Below, in pieces: positions 36,001 to 51,181 of a DNA stretch of 64,000 nucleotides. Under the pieces are notes generated by a model. It did not search any database. It was not told where the DNA came from and was given only the letters and a program-made list of their open reading frames with translations. Position 1 is the stretch's first letter; every line of letters starts with the position of its first letter. The translations under genes were made by a program, and so were the position numbers. The DNA lies in assembly GCF_009914755.1 (NCBI RefSeq), contig NC_060941.1; one strand, given 5' to 3'. The stretch is from the human T2T-CHM13v2.0 reference genome, Homo sapiens.

Positions 36001-36111
36001 GAGAAAATATAGTGAAAGGAGATAAAGAATCTATTAAGAATCTCCTGGAAATATTTGATGGTTTGTTGGAGTATCTTACAGAACGCATCAGTGAAACATC
36101 TCATGAGAAAA
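36001..36111 (+). CDS. CEP95: CEP95 exon 4
   Basis: [36 protein letters not shown]; donor gtaagt. Confidence 0.95.
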
Positions 36112-38475
36112 GTAAGTTTAAGAATGGAAATTTGGTTTGGTTTACCTTTTATGATGTGTCCCTTTTGCCTTTTATCTTTTTGTGTATTTTTCTTCATAGG
36201 AAGCAGATTCACTAATACAGTATACCTGATAACCGTAGTTGTAAATTTCAAATTCTTATTGTTCCAGCTGGTTGGAAACTGTCTTAGACTGTCATCATGT
36301 TCTTTATCAACTTGGATGTTGCTCATAAATTACTTCAAAACTAATTTATACTAGAAAGATAAATTTCTGGCTAAATTATTTATTGTCCTATGATTGCATA
36401 AAATTTCTTTCTCCAAAATTTCGTGTGTCAGAACTGCTATTTATGGTAAATATTTGGATGTTACTGAGGCATCAACAGGAAGAATTGGTGCATTTGTGTC
36501 TTTAGCCTGCACTTACATTTGTGACAGCCTAAATATTTCAGATATTTGTCATTGCAAAAAGTGAAAGAACTTAACTGTCTTAATAATTTGAGATTAAGTA
36601 AATAATGCTGTTGGTCACGAATGGAATAATATATTACCTGTTCTTATGTTGAAAAGTTATCAAAAATAAACTTTCAGCAGCAACCACAATTTACATAAAT
36701 TCGAATACAAATTAAGACAAAAAATTGGGGTAGGCTCATCCTCCATTCTCACTTTGTTTATAGTGAGACCTGTGATAGTCACATTTGAAATTAATCTTAA
36801 AGTCTTTAGTTAGAGATAGTTTCCTACCTTTAATCATTGTTACTAAACTGTTTAAAAACTGGGAGGGAAAATTGAAAAGTCTGCCACACTGGACATTTCT
36901 TTGTTTCAAAAATTGAGTGTTTTATAGGCGTCTGGGTACTCTGGGAGGATTCCAAGCTGCTTGTCATGTTGATACTCTCAAACCTGTACTTGAGTCAGGG
37001 AGACAGCCATAACTACATACAATAAAAGCATAAAGGGGGAATTAGAACTAGGGGAGAGTATTGACAGGTGGGACTCACCTAATTCAAGGCTACCAGTAGG
37101 TATTTGTATGCTGTGTACCTTTCTAGTCTTTTTAGTAACAGGGTTAAGAGGTAGAAAACAACCTCTAAGTAAAGAGATTGAGATTAATTTGAAATGTAAA
37201 GAGAGCAGCAGTTTTTTACAGTTTAGTGCTTGCTCGCAGGAAGGGGAGGGATGGTAGTGCCTGGCTAATGATATGGCAGTGGGGATGAAGAGAGGAGGAG
37301 GCAACTGAGAGATACTTTTATGTGAGTCTGGTGGTGGTGAAAGACTGAAGGATATTCCCAGGGGAGATCGGCAGTATGTGGTGAGCTACTGGGGAAGTTG
37401 CTCAGATAGGCTTCCCTATATGACAGTACCTTAGCTGGACAGCATTTTCTTACAGTCTGCTTCTCATCTTTGCAGGTCTAATATATACTTACCTGGCAAT
37501 ATTTCCTAGAGCTGATCAGGTTCTTCAAAATGCCAGTTAACAGTAATGGGAAACAAATCTTTATTATCACTAATCATATCAGCTGTGCAGGGCAGCTTCA
37601 ACCTGGGACCTGAGCTAGCATTATCATTTACCACTGAAGAAGGAGGGGTTCGAAGGAAGACCATGGGTTCAGTGCTGGGTTCTTCCTCTCACTATATGAT
37701 GGCAGCTCTCTAAGCCTGTTTTCTCATCTGAAATTCTTTCATGGTTGTTGTGAAAGTTAAGTAAGTAGATGTGTGTAAACAGTTGGGCACACAGCCTAGC
37801 TCAGAGTAAATGCATAATAAATGTTAATTGATGTTATTGAAATGTTGCTTGGTGAATATGGAAGTAGAAAAAAATGAAGGTGGGTGTTTGAATGGTGAAT
37901 CTCTAGACATGGGCATGAGAATATCCAAAGGGGTAAATCTGAATCATGGGAGGTTTCACCTACATGTATTTTGAAATTATTTCCCTAGTGAGTTATAGCT
38001 ACTGGTGAAAGTATGTATTCTTCAAGTATGGTGGGGTGGAAAAAGACTGATGGTCTTAAGAAAAATTTCATCCAAGCCCTGATACAGCCTGACTCAGCCT
38101 AAGGCATGATTATCTTGGAGCTTGCATTATGTTGACACAATCACGTTTTCTGTCACCTTGATATACCTCAGACATCCTTTACAGATGGAGAGGTATAAAA
38201 ATATTGAATGGACCTGCCACTGACTTAAAAAATAAAACATTGCTCATACAACTGTAGACCCTGTTTTTAAAGCAATATTCTTGTTTCTTTGTTACTCGAA
38301 TAATACATGCTCATTACAGGTGATTTGGTTCTTTCTGATTGCACTTTCACTAGAACCCTGTTTACCATGGCAAGTTAGGGGTGCCTCACTGTCCTTACCT
38401 TTCCCTGCCTCTTACATAGAAAAAGTAGTATTCACTTAGGGGTTTTTTGGTATTGTTTTTATCTGTTCTGAACAG

Positions 38476-38581
38476 GTGAAACTGAACAGTATTTTAAAGA
38501 ATCTGATCGAGGAGAACGTTTGGAAGAGCCAGAAAGTACTAAAGAATCTAAATCATCATGGAAAAGAGTTTCTTTTGGGAG
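38476..38581 (+). CDS. CEP95: CEP95 exon 5
   Basis: [34 protein letters not shown]. Confidence 0.93.
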
Positions 38582-38725
38582 GTAGCACTTAGTGTCTCTG
38601 AATTTGATGAAAACAAGTTACGCTTTTTGGACTAAGAATTAAAATCACACGTAATATACCAAGATGGCACCAAAAAAAGCTAATGTGAAACTTCTACTAA
38701 CTTCTCATATTTTAAACTTTCCTGA

Positions 38726-39156
<431 letters not shown>

Positions 39157-40430
39157 TAGAAAAAGCAGGAAAAAAAATCTATTCCGAACTAAATAACTGC
39201 TGTTAACATTTTGTTAAATTTTTTAGTCCTTTTTACTATTTTTTTCTTTTTTGGATTTAGTCATATGTCTATATAATTTCGTTGCCTGCCCCTCACCCCT
39301 GCTTTTTTAATAAAGAGACAGGGTCTTGCTCTGACACTCATGGTGGAGTACAGTGGCGTGATCAGAGTTCACTGTAGCCTTGAACTCCTGAGCTTAAGCC
39401 CAAGTAGCTGGGACCACAGGTGTGCGCCACCACACCTGGCTAATTTTTTTTTTTTTTTTTTTTTTTAACAGAGATGGCATCTTGCTATATTGACCAGGCT
39501 GGTCTTGAATTCCTGGCCTCAAGCGATCCTCCTGCTGCAGCCTCCCAGAGTGCTGGGATTATAGGCATGACCCACCTCACCAGGCTCGTTTCCTGCATTT
39601 TTAAACTTAACATTAAGTGTTCTCAAGTTGTTTAATTTTTTTTTTGAGACACAGTCTTGCTGTGTCACACAGGCTGGAGTGTGCAGTGGCACAATCTCAG
39701 CTTACTGCAACCTCTGCCTCCCGGTTTCGAGTGATTCTTGTGCCTCAGCCTCCTGAGTAGCTGGGACTACAGGTGCACGCCGCCACGGCTGGCTAATTTT
39801 TGTATCTTTAGTAAAGGTGAGTTTTCACCGTGTTGGCAAGGCTGGTCTTGAACTCCTGACCTCAAGTGATCCGCCTGCCTCAGCCTCCCAAAGTGGTGGG
39901 ATTACAGGCGTGAGCCCCTGCGCCCAGCCTCAAGTTGTTAAATTCTTTATAATAATTTGTAATCACTGTATAACATCATTCATGTGGATGCTTCATAAAT
40001 TACTAAGCCATTCCTCTAAAGTAGAGAGTTTTTTTAAATATTATCAAAAACGTGATACTTAATGTTTATTCTTTTTTTCCTCATATCTTGAGGCTAGATT
40101 CAGAGTAAGACAGTGTAAATGTTTTAAGGCTAATAATAAAAGTTGCCAGACTGTTTTCCAAAAAGGCCATGACTGTACATTTACCAACAGTATAGCAATG
40201 CTGGGTTACAGGACCTTCATGAGCCAGTATCATTGATCATTTTCACAGTTTTTAAACTTGTGCTTCTTTCATAGACAAAAATGTATTGTCATGACAGGTT
40301 TGATTGCACTTCTTGCTAACTAGAGGTTGAGCATAATGCTATGTCTTCATGGTTCGAAGAGCACAGGCAATGCCTTCTTTTTTAGGTATAGTACATTGTA
40401 AAAAATGTGTCTCAGAGGAGACCATCATAA

Positions 40431-40764
<334 letters not shown>

Positions 40765-41073
40765 TAACAAAATAAGCGCAAAAGTGAAACAATTGAAGGA
40801 TATTTAATGCAAAGTTAGCATCCCACCCCCTTCACTCCCACACCCTAGAGTCACCAGTATTTGCTGTTCTCCTATACATTTAATCGTTGACACTTTATAT
40901 ACAGCTATTTCTACCATTCATATATCAGTGAAAACAAAACATAAGCAGCAAGACATGCTAAGCAGCAAAAGGGAGAGTCTTTTCCTTTTTCTGCACCCAG
41001 CAGCTCTCCAGGTCCTCAGGGGAAGGGCCCTCTGGTCAGGCTGGGCCCTGAGTGAAGGAGGGAACTTTTCCAG

Positions 41074-41189
41074 GTGCTCCTTGTCTTCTGAGATGTTGGG
41101 CCCCTCTTGGGATGGAGATGAAGCAGAATCCACTGGTGAAATCATTAGACTTGGAGACACAGCACACACCTTTTCTCTAAGAAGTAATG
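41074..41189 (+). CDS. CEP95: CEP95 exon 6
   Basis: [38 protein letters not shown]; this acceptor gives the 821-aa total. Confidence 0.88.
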
Positions 41190-42732
41190 GTGAGTAGTTA
41201 AACCTGAAGTATCAGTTATTATTCAACATACAACTATAAAAATGTAAATGGTATGTAGGAGTGTTTAAAATTGAGAAGAATAGAGTGCTAACTGGACATG
41301 GGATTTGAAATTCCAGAATATCCCACTACCCATTAAATATGAACACTTATCTGAAGTCGCAGGCATATGGGCAGATAAGTCCAAGGCAAATAAGTGTATG
41401 CAAGGTTATTAGGTAATTTGCGGTTCCTTATAACCTGGGAAGAGAATTATGGATGCAGCTTATAGTCTGGTCACGCTTTCAGGGTATTCTTTAATTGTAG
41501 TTTCCTGAACTGGTGGTTGACTCACTTTTTTCATTGTTTGAACCAATAAGTTCGTATATGCAGTAGCAATTTTTCTTCTAGGCTTCAGGCCAGATTTCCA
41601 ACAGCCTATTGCTTGCACATAGTAGACCCGGATATCTTTCAAGCCCCAATTTTGAGCCTCCAACCTTGCCCTCCTCCAATCATCCTACTCCATCCTGTCC
41701 ACCGTGGCTTCATAAATTACTAAACCAGTATATGGACCACAAGTCTTGGAATGTTCTCCCTTACTTTTGGTTCCTGGCAAACTCACCCTCCAGTAGACCA
41801 AAAAGCTATGCTTGCCATTGGGATAGGCACAGAAACGGAAGGACCAGAGTCAAGTGTGGATACTACAAAAATGTTTCTTGAAGTAGGAGAATCAGATGGA
41901 TTGATTGGGAATGGAAGGGATGGTGATTGCAGAAACGGGTTCTGTGATGTCAAGTGCTATGTAAAAAAGATGTTACTGTAAAATGAATTACTTATTTTAA
42001 CATTATAAGTAGAGAGGGGAATTGTGTTTAAGAGTAATGCAATTAAGGCAAAGGAAAAAAGATTCAGAGAGATGCCTGGCCAAGGTGTTTGGGTTTGATG
42101 TGATAAAAGGGCTTATGGCAGCTTCCTTTCATATTGAGATTTAAAGTGTCAGATAACTGTCATATACATTCACAGGCATCTAATTTAAGCTTCAATATAT
42201 GGACCATAGTCTTTTTTTTTTTTTTTTTTGACACTAGGTCTTGCTCTGTCACCCAGGGTGGAGTGCGGTGGCGCAATCTCGGCTCACTGCAACCTCTGCC
42301 TCAGCCTCTCAAGCGGCTGGGATTACAAGTATGTGCCACATGCCCAGCTGATTTTTGTATTTTTAGTAGAGATGGGGTTTCGCCATATTGGCTAAGCTGG
42401 TCTTGAACTAATAACCTCAAGTGATCTGCCTGCCTTGGCCTCCCAAAGTACTGAGATTACAGGTATGAGCCACTGCGCTTGGCCTGGACCATGAGTCCAT
42501 GTTTCTGGTACTAGCTAAGACCCTAACTCTGGTGTCTATTCATACCAAGACATGTCCATAAAACAGCCAGCATTTCCGTAACTCTGGCATCTATTTTTCT
42601 AAAGCTAAATAATGAAACATTGTATGAAACTTTGCTTTTAAATTGTATAAATGATTCTGGATTACAAAATGGCATCTTACTTTCTGATAGCAATTAAAAA
42701 TAATTGATATTATGGCCCGTCACAGTGGCTCA

Positions 42733-43032
<300 letters not shown>

Positions 43033-43153
43033 TTATTTCGTTCAACATTATTTAATATTTGTTTCCTGAGTACAAAACTCTTGGCTTTTAGTATAATGTT
43101 CAGCAAACTATTTTGATAGTTAAAAATTTTACCTTTAATATTTTCTTTCCTAG

Positions 43154-43279
43154 GTGCTCAATGTCCTAATGAAATGCTGTCTAAAAAAGCCTTAGCCTCA
43201 CCAAGTTCTAAATCACATGAAGATATGTTGTACCCTCCTAGTGTTTTGTCCAAGAGTAGGACATCCTTTGTTGAAGACA
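43154..43279 (+). CDS. CEP95: CEP95 exon 7
   Basis: [41 protein letters not shown]. Confidence 0.93.
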
Positions 43280-43584
43280 GTGAGTTGTAATGGATGTTAG
43301 TTCTTTACTGCTGATGATCATTCTTGGGGCAATTGTTGTTGCCATTAGCCTTTTTACTTTTATTGCTGTATATGAGATCCTTTTTGGTCTTACATGATCT
43401 TACTTGTAAATGTTTGCTATTAATTATGGTATCTGAATTCTGCTTAACATGGTCTTTGGTTGCATATTTTTGCATCCACTATTTTATTATCTAAATTCTC
43501 ACCACTTACCTTTTTTTTTTAATGGGACAGAGTCTCTGACACATTAGTACATCTATTGGTGGTCTTCATATTATTGGTAAATAA

Positions 43585-43839
<255 letters not shown>

Positions 43840-44104
43840 TGATCCGCCTGCCTCAGCCTCCCAAATTGCTGAGATTACAAGCGTGAGCTCCCGCACCCGG
43901 CCTGGAAAAATCATTCTTGTTTCTTATTATCATCTCTGGAATTTTCATATGGTAGTAATACATAAAAATATTACTGCCTAACTGGTTTTGTAACGTGGAC
44001 GAACCATAATTCACATAACATAACATTCTTCAAGCCATTTAAGTTGCTTCCAGTTTTTAAAGTAACTTTCAGGGAACAGTTTTATGATAATAACATTAAA
44101 ATTA

Positions 44105-44242
<138 letters not shown>

Positions 44243-44453
44243 TTAAAAAAAAAAAATTACATCCTAATTTAATTAGATCCCTGTGTGCTGAGGCTATATC
44301 CCTGGTTTAATTATTTTTTTATGTGCTTTGTCTTAAGTTTAAAAAATATTTCTAATGTATGTGAACATGTTTATATAGGTATGTATGTATGTATATAAAA
44401 TGGTTTATTTCTTAGAATTGCATCGTAATATCCACTTTAATTTGTCTTACTAG

Positions 44454-44647
44454 CGGAAACCCTTTCTGTGAGTGGGATTCCAAATGCTAGGAAGCTAGGG
44501 GAGCCTATCCGAGCAGCTATTCCTTTACATCCACCCTACCACCCTTCAGAGCCTCGAGCACCCTGCCCCATAGGAAAAGAATACTTGCATTCAAGTCACT
44601 GCTCCCCAGCCGTAAATTCTACTGGAGAGCATACGGAATTTTCTGGG
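44454..44647 (+). CDS. CEP95: CEP95 exon 8
   Basis: [30 protein letters not shown]...EFSG. Confidence 0.93.
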
Positions 44648-46505
44648 GTAAGTGGAAAAGCTTACTTTCAGTTGGCTAGAAGTACACTTGTATGTATGTC
44701 TGTGTGTGTGTTGGTAATTGATTAGAAGGCCGTGTGTGTGTATGTGTATTGGTGAAGTCTTTATTCTTTGTCAAGGAAGCCCCTATATTTAAAGAAGTCT
44801 GCTAGAATTGTCAAGCATATTGCACTAGTCAAAGCATCGTACTCCTTAAAATTTGCCTCTGTATACACCTGCACATTCTTGTTCTAGGAAGATAGGAGAA
44901 AAACGAATGCATATAAAGGGAAATAATAAGAGCCAACACATAGTGAATGTTTATGTTGTGCCAGGCGCAGTTCTGGATACTTTAGGGGTATTGAATAATT
45001 TACTGCCCATAACAACTCTGGAGTAGCTACTATATTTATTTATTGTTGGGAAGCTGATGTAGAGAGGGCAAGGTTACACAGCAATTACAGAGTCAGGATT
45101 TGAACTTGGACATTCTGGCTTCAGAGTCCATATTGTGTCCGTAATTTAATAATTTCAAATTTAGAAAACACAGAGTGGAAAAGAAAATAACCATCCATGC
45201 ATATTCCCATTATCCACCATGAACCACTGTTAACATATTGATCTATTTGGTTCAATTGCAGTGAGCCAAGATCACGCCACTGCGCTCCAGCCTGGGTGAC
45301 AGAGTAAGACTTCATCTCAAAAAAAAAAAAGAAAAAACCTTTTTTATATAGTCATCCTGTCCTTATCTTTCTAAAAAGAACAGGACTGGGTTCGGTGGCT
45401 CACACCCATAATCCCAGCACTTTGGGAGGCTCATGTGAGTGCCAGAGTTTGAGACCACCCTGGGAAACATAGTGAGACCTTGTCTCTGCTAAAAATAGAA
45501 AATTAGCCTGGAGTGGTGGTGCATGCCTGTGATCTTAGCTACTTAGTAGGCTGAGGCAGGAGGATCACTTGAGCCCAGGAGCTTCAGTGAGCTGTGACCA
45601 CACCACTGCATTCCAGCCTGGGCAGCAGAGCAAGACCCTGTCTCAAAAAGAAAAAAATAAAATAAGAAAAACAACAGGCAGGTATGTACACAGGGTAGAT
45701 ATATAAACAGTGATACATTTTCATTATTTAAACATTCAAGCAATGCATTAAAAGTACAGAGATGAAATAAGCATTATTAACAATAGGTGACCACATTCTC
45801 AACATTCTGTGCATCTAAACAGGAGAGGGATTAGATAAAAAGAGGTGTTAAAATGGAGTCATAAGATAATGTTTACTTTTGGGGGAATCATAGTGGGGGT
45901 TTTAGAGATATTTCTGAGTTGGTAATACTCTGTTTCTTGACCTGGGTGGCAGTTAAAGGGGAGTGTTTATTTTCAAATAATTCATTGAGCTAGAAATACT
46001 TTATTTTAAAAGTTTTATTAAAATATGATTATATTTTAGTTGCTATTTAGTAAAAGGTTGTTTGTTTTATTTTTTTTTGAGACAGAGTGTCGCTGTGTCG
46101 CCCAGGCTGGAGTGTAGTGGTGCAGTCTGCACCCACTGCAACCTCCACCTCCCAGGCAAGTGATTCTCCTGCCTCAGCCTCCCAAGTAGCTGGGACTACA
46201 GGCACACGTGCCACCACACCTGGCTGATTTTTTTTAAAAATATTTTTAGTAGAGACGGGGTTTTGCCATGTTGGCCAGGCTGGTCTCAAACTCCTGGCCT
46301 CACCTGCCTGCCTCTGCTTCCCAGATTGCTGAGATTATAGGCATGAATCACCATACCCAGCCTACTAAAGGGTATTTAATTTTACTTTAATAGAAAAAGA
46401 TAATGAAGTGAAATTAAAGATATCATTAAACATTAAATAAATGGCCGGGTGCGGTGGCTCACACCTGTAATCCCAGCACTTTGAGAGGCTGAGGTGGGTG
46501 GATCA

Positions 46506-46718
<213 letters not shown>

Positions 46719-47521
46719 TCAAAAAACAAAAAAACAAACAAACATTAAATGTTTCTTCATCACAAGAAGTATTTTCTAAAAGATTATCTCTAAGACCAAG
46801 AAATAAATTTAGCCGGACACGGTAGCTCATGCCTGTAATCCCAGCACTTTGAGAGGCTGAGGCGGGTGGATCACTCGAGGTCAGGAGTTCGAGACCAGCC
46901 TGGCCAACATGCGAAACACCGTCTTTACTAAAAATACACAAAAAAATTAGCCAGGTGTTGTGGCATATACCTGTAATCCCAGCTACTAGGGAGGCTGAGG
47001 CAGGAGAATCGCTTGAACCTGGGAGGCGGATCAAGCCATTGCACTCCAGCCTAGGCAACAGAGGAAAACTGTCTCAAAAAAAAAAGGAAATTTAAAATGT
47101 TAAGGGTTTATATTCATATTTTGAGAGGTGTTGTCTTTGTTTTAACTGTTTCAATTTTGGACAGCCTTTATTGACATTGATACAAAAGATAGCCACTTGA
47201 ATACTTTGTACTAGTGATAATTTTTTTGTTGCTCAGGTATAGTGGTAATCCCTGAAATTTCATATTTAGAGAACACCTGGCCTGTGTTTTTATTTGAATG
47301 GCATCCTGAGCCACATTTGTTCTCTGAGCACAAGTTTCTAGACATTGCTCCAGTCCTTTGGTGCACTGGGTGTCAATAGGGTCTTTTGACAAATGCACTT
47401 CAAAACACGGAGATTGAAGGCACGTAGCTTTGTGCCACAGTTCCTCCCTTCCTCACTCCCAGAAAGTTCATGTTTCTTATTTGTAGCTTTTTCAAATCAA
47501 CTTTTTTTCTGTTTTTAATAG

Positions 47522-47634
47522 GATCTAGATGATGGACTTTTCTTAATTTCCAAGTTGCCTAAAGGCAGCAAATGGGAAGTATATCCAGCTCAGGTCCAAG
47601 GGCCTAGGACAAGGAAGCCTCCCAAAGGAAAAAG
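47522..47634 (+). CDS. CEP95: CEP95 exon 9
   Basis: [37 protein letters not shown]. Confidence 0.93.
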
Positions 47635-47822
47635 GTAACATTACTGCAGACTTCAGTGTTTACAGTCTGTTTACAAAGGAATTTGAAAATGCAGGGGCAT
47701 GATCTCCAAATTTAGCTGTGAAGACCAGAATGAAGTATTTGTTAAAGTACGTATTACAGTTATTTTAAACTAAATAATAGACACCTAGCTATTTTACTGT
47801 CAAATGGTCACTTTTATTACAG

Positions 47823-47952
47823 AAATGAAAACAGAGCTACAGCCTCATCCTGCAATTCACCTTTCCCCCAGAGGCCAAGAAAGAGATTAACAGAACAAGA
47901 ATTACATGATGTATCAGAAAAACTCTCTCAGCGGCTTTCTGAACTAGATTGG
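47823..47952 (+). CDS. CEP95: CEP95 exon 10 (GC donor)
   Basis: [14 protein letters not shown]...LSELDW; donor TGG|gcaagt keeps frame into MLKS of exon 11. Confidence 0.9.
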
Positions 47953-48862
47953 GCAAGTCTTGTTTTTTCATCTATATTGAGATTCCCATGGGTTAAGTGA
48001 GCATTTAAGTAATCTCTCAATTGAAAGTGAGGTATTAGAAAATTAGTTGTGTCTTATTAATAGTTACTGTGAAAATGTTCCGTAAGTCAAGCAGGTAGAA
48101 CAGGAAGTGATCTCTCAGCGTTTCATGATCTAACTAAATTTGGTGCAGATTTATCCAAATTTTATTGAATTCTGATGAAAACTAAATCATTTAACATAAA
48201 CGATTATGTTAAGCCATTTTTCTTTAGATATGTCTTTATAGTTCCCCTTTGCCGCTAAAGACAGATCTGGTATAAAATTGGATGGATCACTGATTCTCAC
48301 AAAATACAATATTACAGTTTTAAGGTATCATTGAATGAATGTTTTAAATCCCTACGTGACTTTTTCTAAAGTTTATTGAAACTTAGTGATCCATAGCACT
48401 GATATACACCTTTTTAAAACTAAACATGTATGCCAGGTGTGGTGGCTCACAACTGTAATTCCAACACTTTGAGAGGCTGAGGCAGGTGGATCACTTAAGC
48501 CCAGGAGTTTGAGACCAGCCTGGGCAACATGGCAAAACCCCATCTCTACAAAAAATAAAAGATTAGCCAGGCTTGGTGGCATATGCCTGTAATCCCAGCT
48601 ACTCAAGTGGTTGAGATGGGAGGATCACTGGAACCCAGTAGGCAGAGGTTACAGTGAGCCCAGCTAGCACCACTGCACTCCAGCCTGGGTGACAGAGTGA
48701 GATCCTGTCTCAAAATAAAAGTAAATAATTAAACATGCATAAGCGTCTGAAAACTTGTTATTAGTGACTGTCAAAGGAAGCTTTTTTAAAGGTCTGCCTA
48801 CTCCTACGAATTTACATTCTGCTGAAATCAGTGAAAGATGTTGAAAAGAATTTTCTCAATAG

Positions 48863-49016
48863 ATGTTAAAAAGTGCTCTGGGTGATCGGATTAAAGAAAA
48901 GACTGACCATAAAGAAGAAAATACTGGAAATGAGGAGGTAGAGGATGGAACTGAGGAGACACTGTCTCAGCACAGTGATGGCATCGTGGAGTATGGGCCA
49001 AAGAAGTCAAGGCCAG
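48863..49016 (+). CDS. CEP95: CEP95 exon 11
   Basis: [19 protein letters not shown]...KKSRP. Confidence 0.94.
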
Positions 49017-49604
49017 GTACTTACCCCAGAGAGACTGAGAAGGGGGACATCCATGTGAACTACTTAGGCAGTTCCATCTGTTCTTAATAACTTATATTCT
49101 AATTTTAAATAGTTGAGAAATATATAAAAGGATCAAAAGTAATATCAAACACCTGGATCTTCCCCATCTAGAAGTAGCAAGTGTTAACAATTATATTTGC
49201 TTTAGCCCCTTTGTGTTTAAGAAATAAAACAGTAGAAACCCCCTCTGCTCTCCCCACAGATCTCTTTTCCCCACCCTCAGTGCAACCACTGTCTTAAAGT
49301 TGGCATCTTTTCTTCTGATCCTTGTTTTTATACTTTAAGAGCTCATGCATTACTTGTCTAAACATAGTATTGTTTTATGTTGTTTAAAAATTTACATACT
49401 GTATATATTATTCTGCAACTTGCGTTTTTTTCTGACATTGTCTTAGAAATCTATTTATGTTGATCCTTACAGATCCAGCTCATTCATTTTAACTGCAGTG
49501 TAACTGAGTTCTTACAGTGTGTCACTTTTGTGTGGGTATATGTATAGCAGTATCCATTTCCCCTACTGCTGGACATGACTGAGTTCTTGCAGTGTGCCAC
49601 TTAA

Positions 49605-49661
<57 letters not shown>
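49605..49661. repeat. Compound microsatellite (TG)9(TA)11(CA)8
   Basis: Read directly. Confidence 0.95.
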
Positions 49662-51041
49662 GCGTGTAGCACTATCTATTTCCCCTATTGCTGGACATGT
49701 TGTTTCCAGTTTTCATTACTATAAAAATTCTGCAATGAACAGCCTAGAATATGTGTAAGAGTTTCTGTGATATCTCCATCTAGTAGGATTGCTGGATCAT
49801 AAGGCCTACATTTCTTCACCACTGCCAACTTGCCCACCAAAGTGATTGCACTGCTTTATACTCGTATCAGCAGTTTCTGGTTTGCCGTGTCTTTGCAGAT
49901 ACTTCTACTGTTTGATATGCCATTGTTCAAATCCAATTATCCTGTCTTCCACCAACTAAAATCCTGCATATTTTACATTTAGTTTTATCTACTTTGGTCA
50001 TCCATTGTTTCTTCAGAAATAGTCTTTTTCTGATCCAACTTCCTTAACTTTTTCAGTTGTTTTTTACTCCTTCAAGAATGCTCTTTCCTTCTCTTGATTA
50101 TTTCCTCTCTCTTCCCTTTAAAAGGACTCAGCTAATTTCTAGGCACCCTCATCCAGGAACCTCTTCCTTTCCCTTTTTATGTACATACACATGGTATCCT
50201 ATTGTGAAAACAGGTTATAAATTAAAATATTATTTCAAGTGCGTCTTCAGTTTCTAGAGAAAAATACATCATGAGCAGCTATCATTTAAAATAGATTATG
50301 CAAGTCAGTTTTTAAAAATACATCTTAGAATTTGAAATGTGAAAGACTTGAATTAAAAGCATGTGAAAAAAATAATAAGCTCGGAAAATTTATTTATAAA
50401 GGTACCAAACTAGCTTCCTTGGTCTTAAGGCTATGTTGAAGTGCTTTTCCCACTGGAGTCACCCTCTTCACAACTAGCAGATCCCCAGACACACCTATAG
50501 ACAATGGGATAAAAAGGTTTGTAGAAGGAAATGGTTTATTAGATCTCTTTGGCAGTGTGCAATTAGGAGGGCTAGATTGCTAAGTAGGGAAAAATTGAGA
50601 CCACTTAGACAATGCTTAACACATTAACTTTGCCTATAAGCATATATAATAAGATAGATATGTATGCTTACATCCCACCTTCTCAGGACCCAGATAGGTA
50701 AAAGGATAGCAGATGCGTGGCTCAGATAATTTACCTTTTCTCTCTTTGCATCTCCCCCTATCACCAAGAGCACTCTCCATAGTCCTTTGTGCATAGGAGG
50801 CATTCCACATGTTGAATATCCAAAGTTGAATGTAGAAGCTAAGTATTTGAGACAGTACACATTTGTATGCATTTGTCTGTTTACTTGGTGTTACCATACC
50901 AATTCAAGTTAGTTACAGGAGAGAGTCCCTTTAGCACATTCACTCATCAGTCTCTTTGGATTTAGTGAAAACCAACTTTGGTTTCCAGCATAACATTCTG
51001 GCTATCAGGAACTAATGTTATATGTCTTTTCTCTGTTGCAG

Positions 51042-51181
51042 GACTTTCCATGCGTAGAAAGCCACCCTACAGATCCCATTCGCTCTCTCCATCTCCAGTT
51101 AACAAACACAAACAGTTCCACTTGGAGAGAAAAAGGCAGCGCAAGCCAAGAGAAACAGATGTCCGCCAATTCCAAGCACAG
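51042..51181 (+). CDS. CEP95: CEP95 exon 12
   Basis: [18 protein letters not shown]...RQFQAQ. Confidence 0.93.

Noticed and set aside
50740-50830. Minus-strand ESALGDR resembling CEP95 exon 11 KSALGDR (possible inverted exon copy)
   Set aside because: The match is about 18 nt, does not extend, and sits in an L2-like 3'-end relic; chance.
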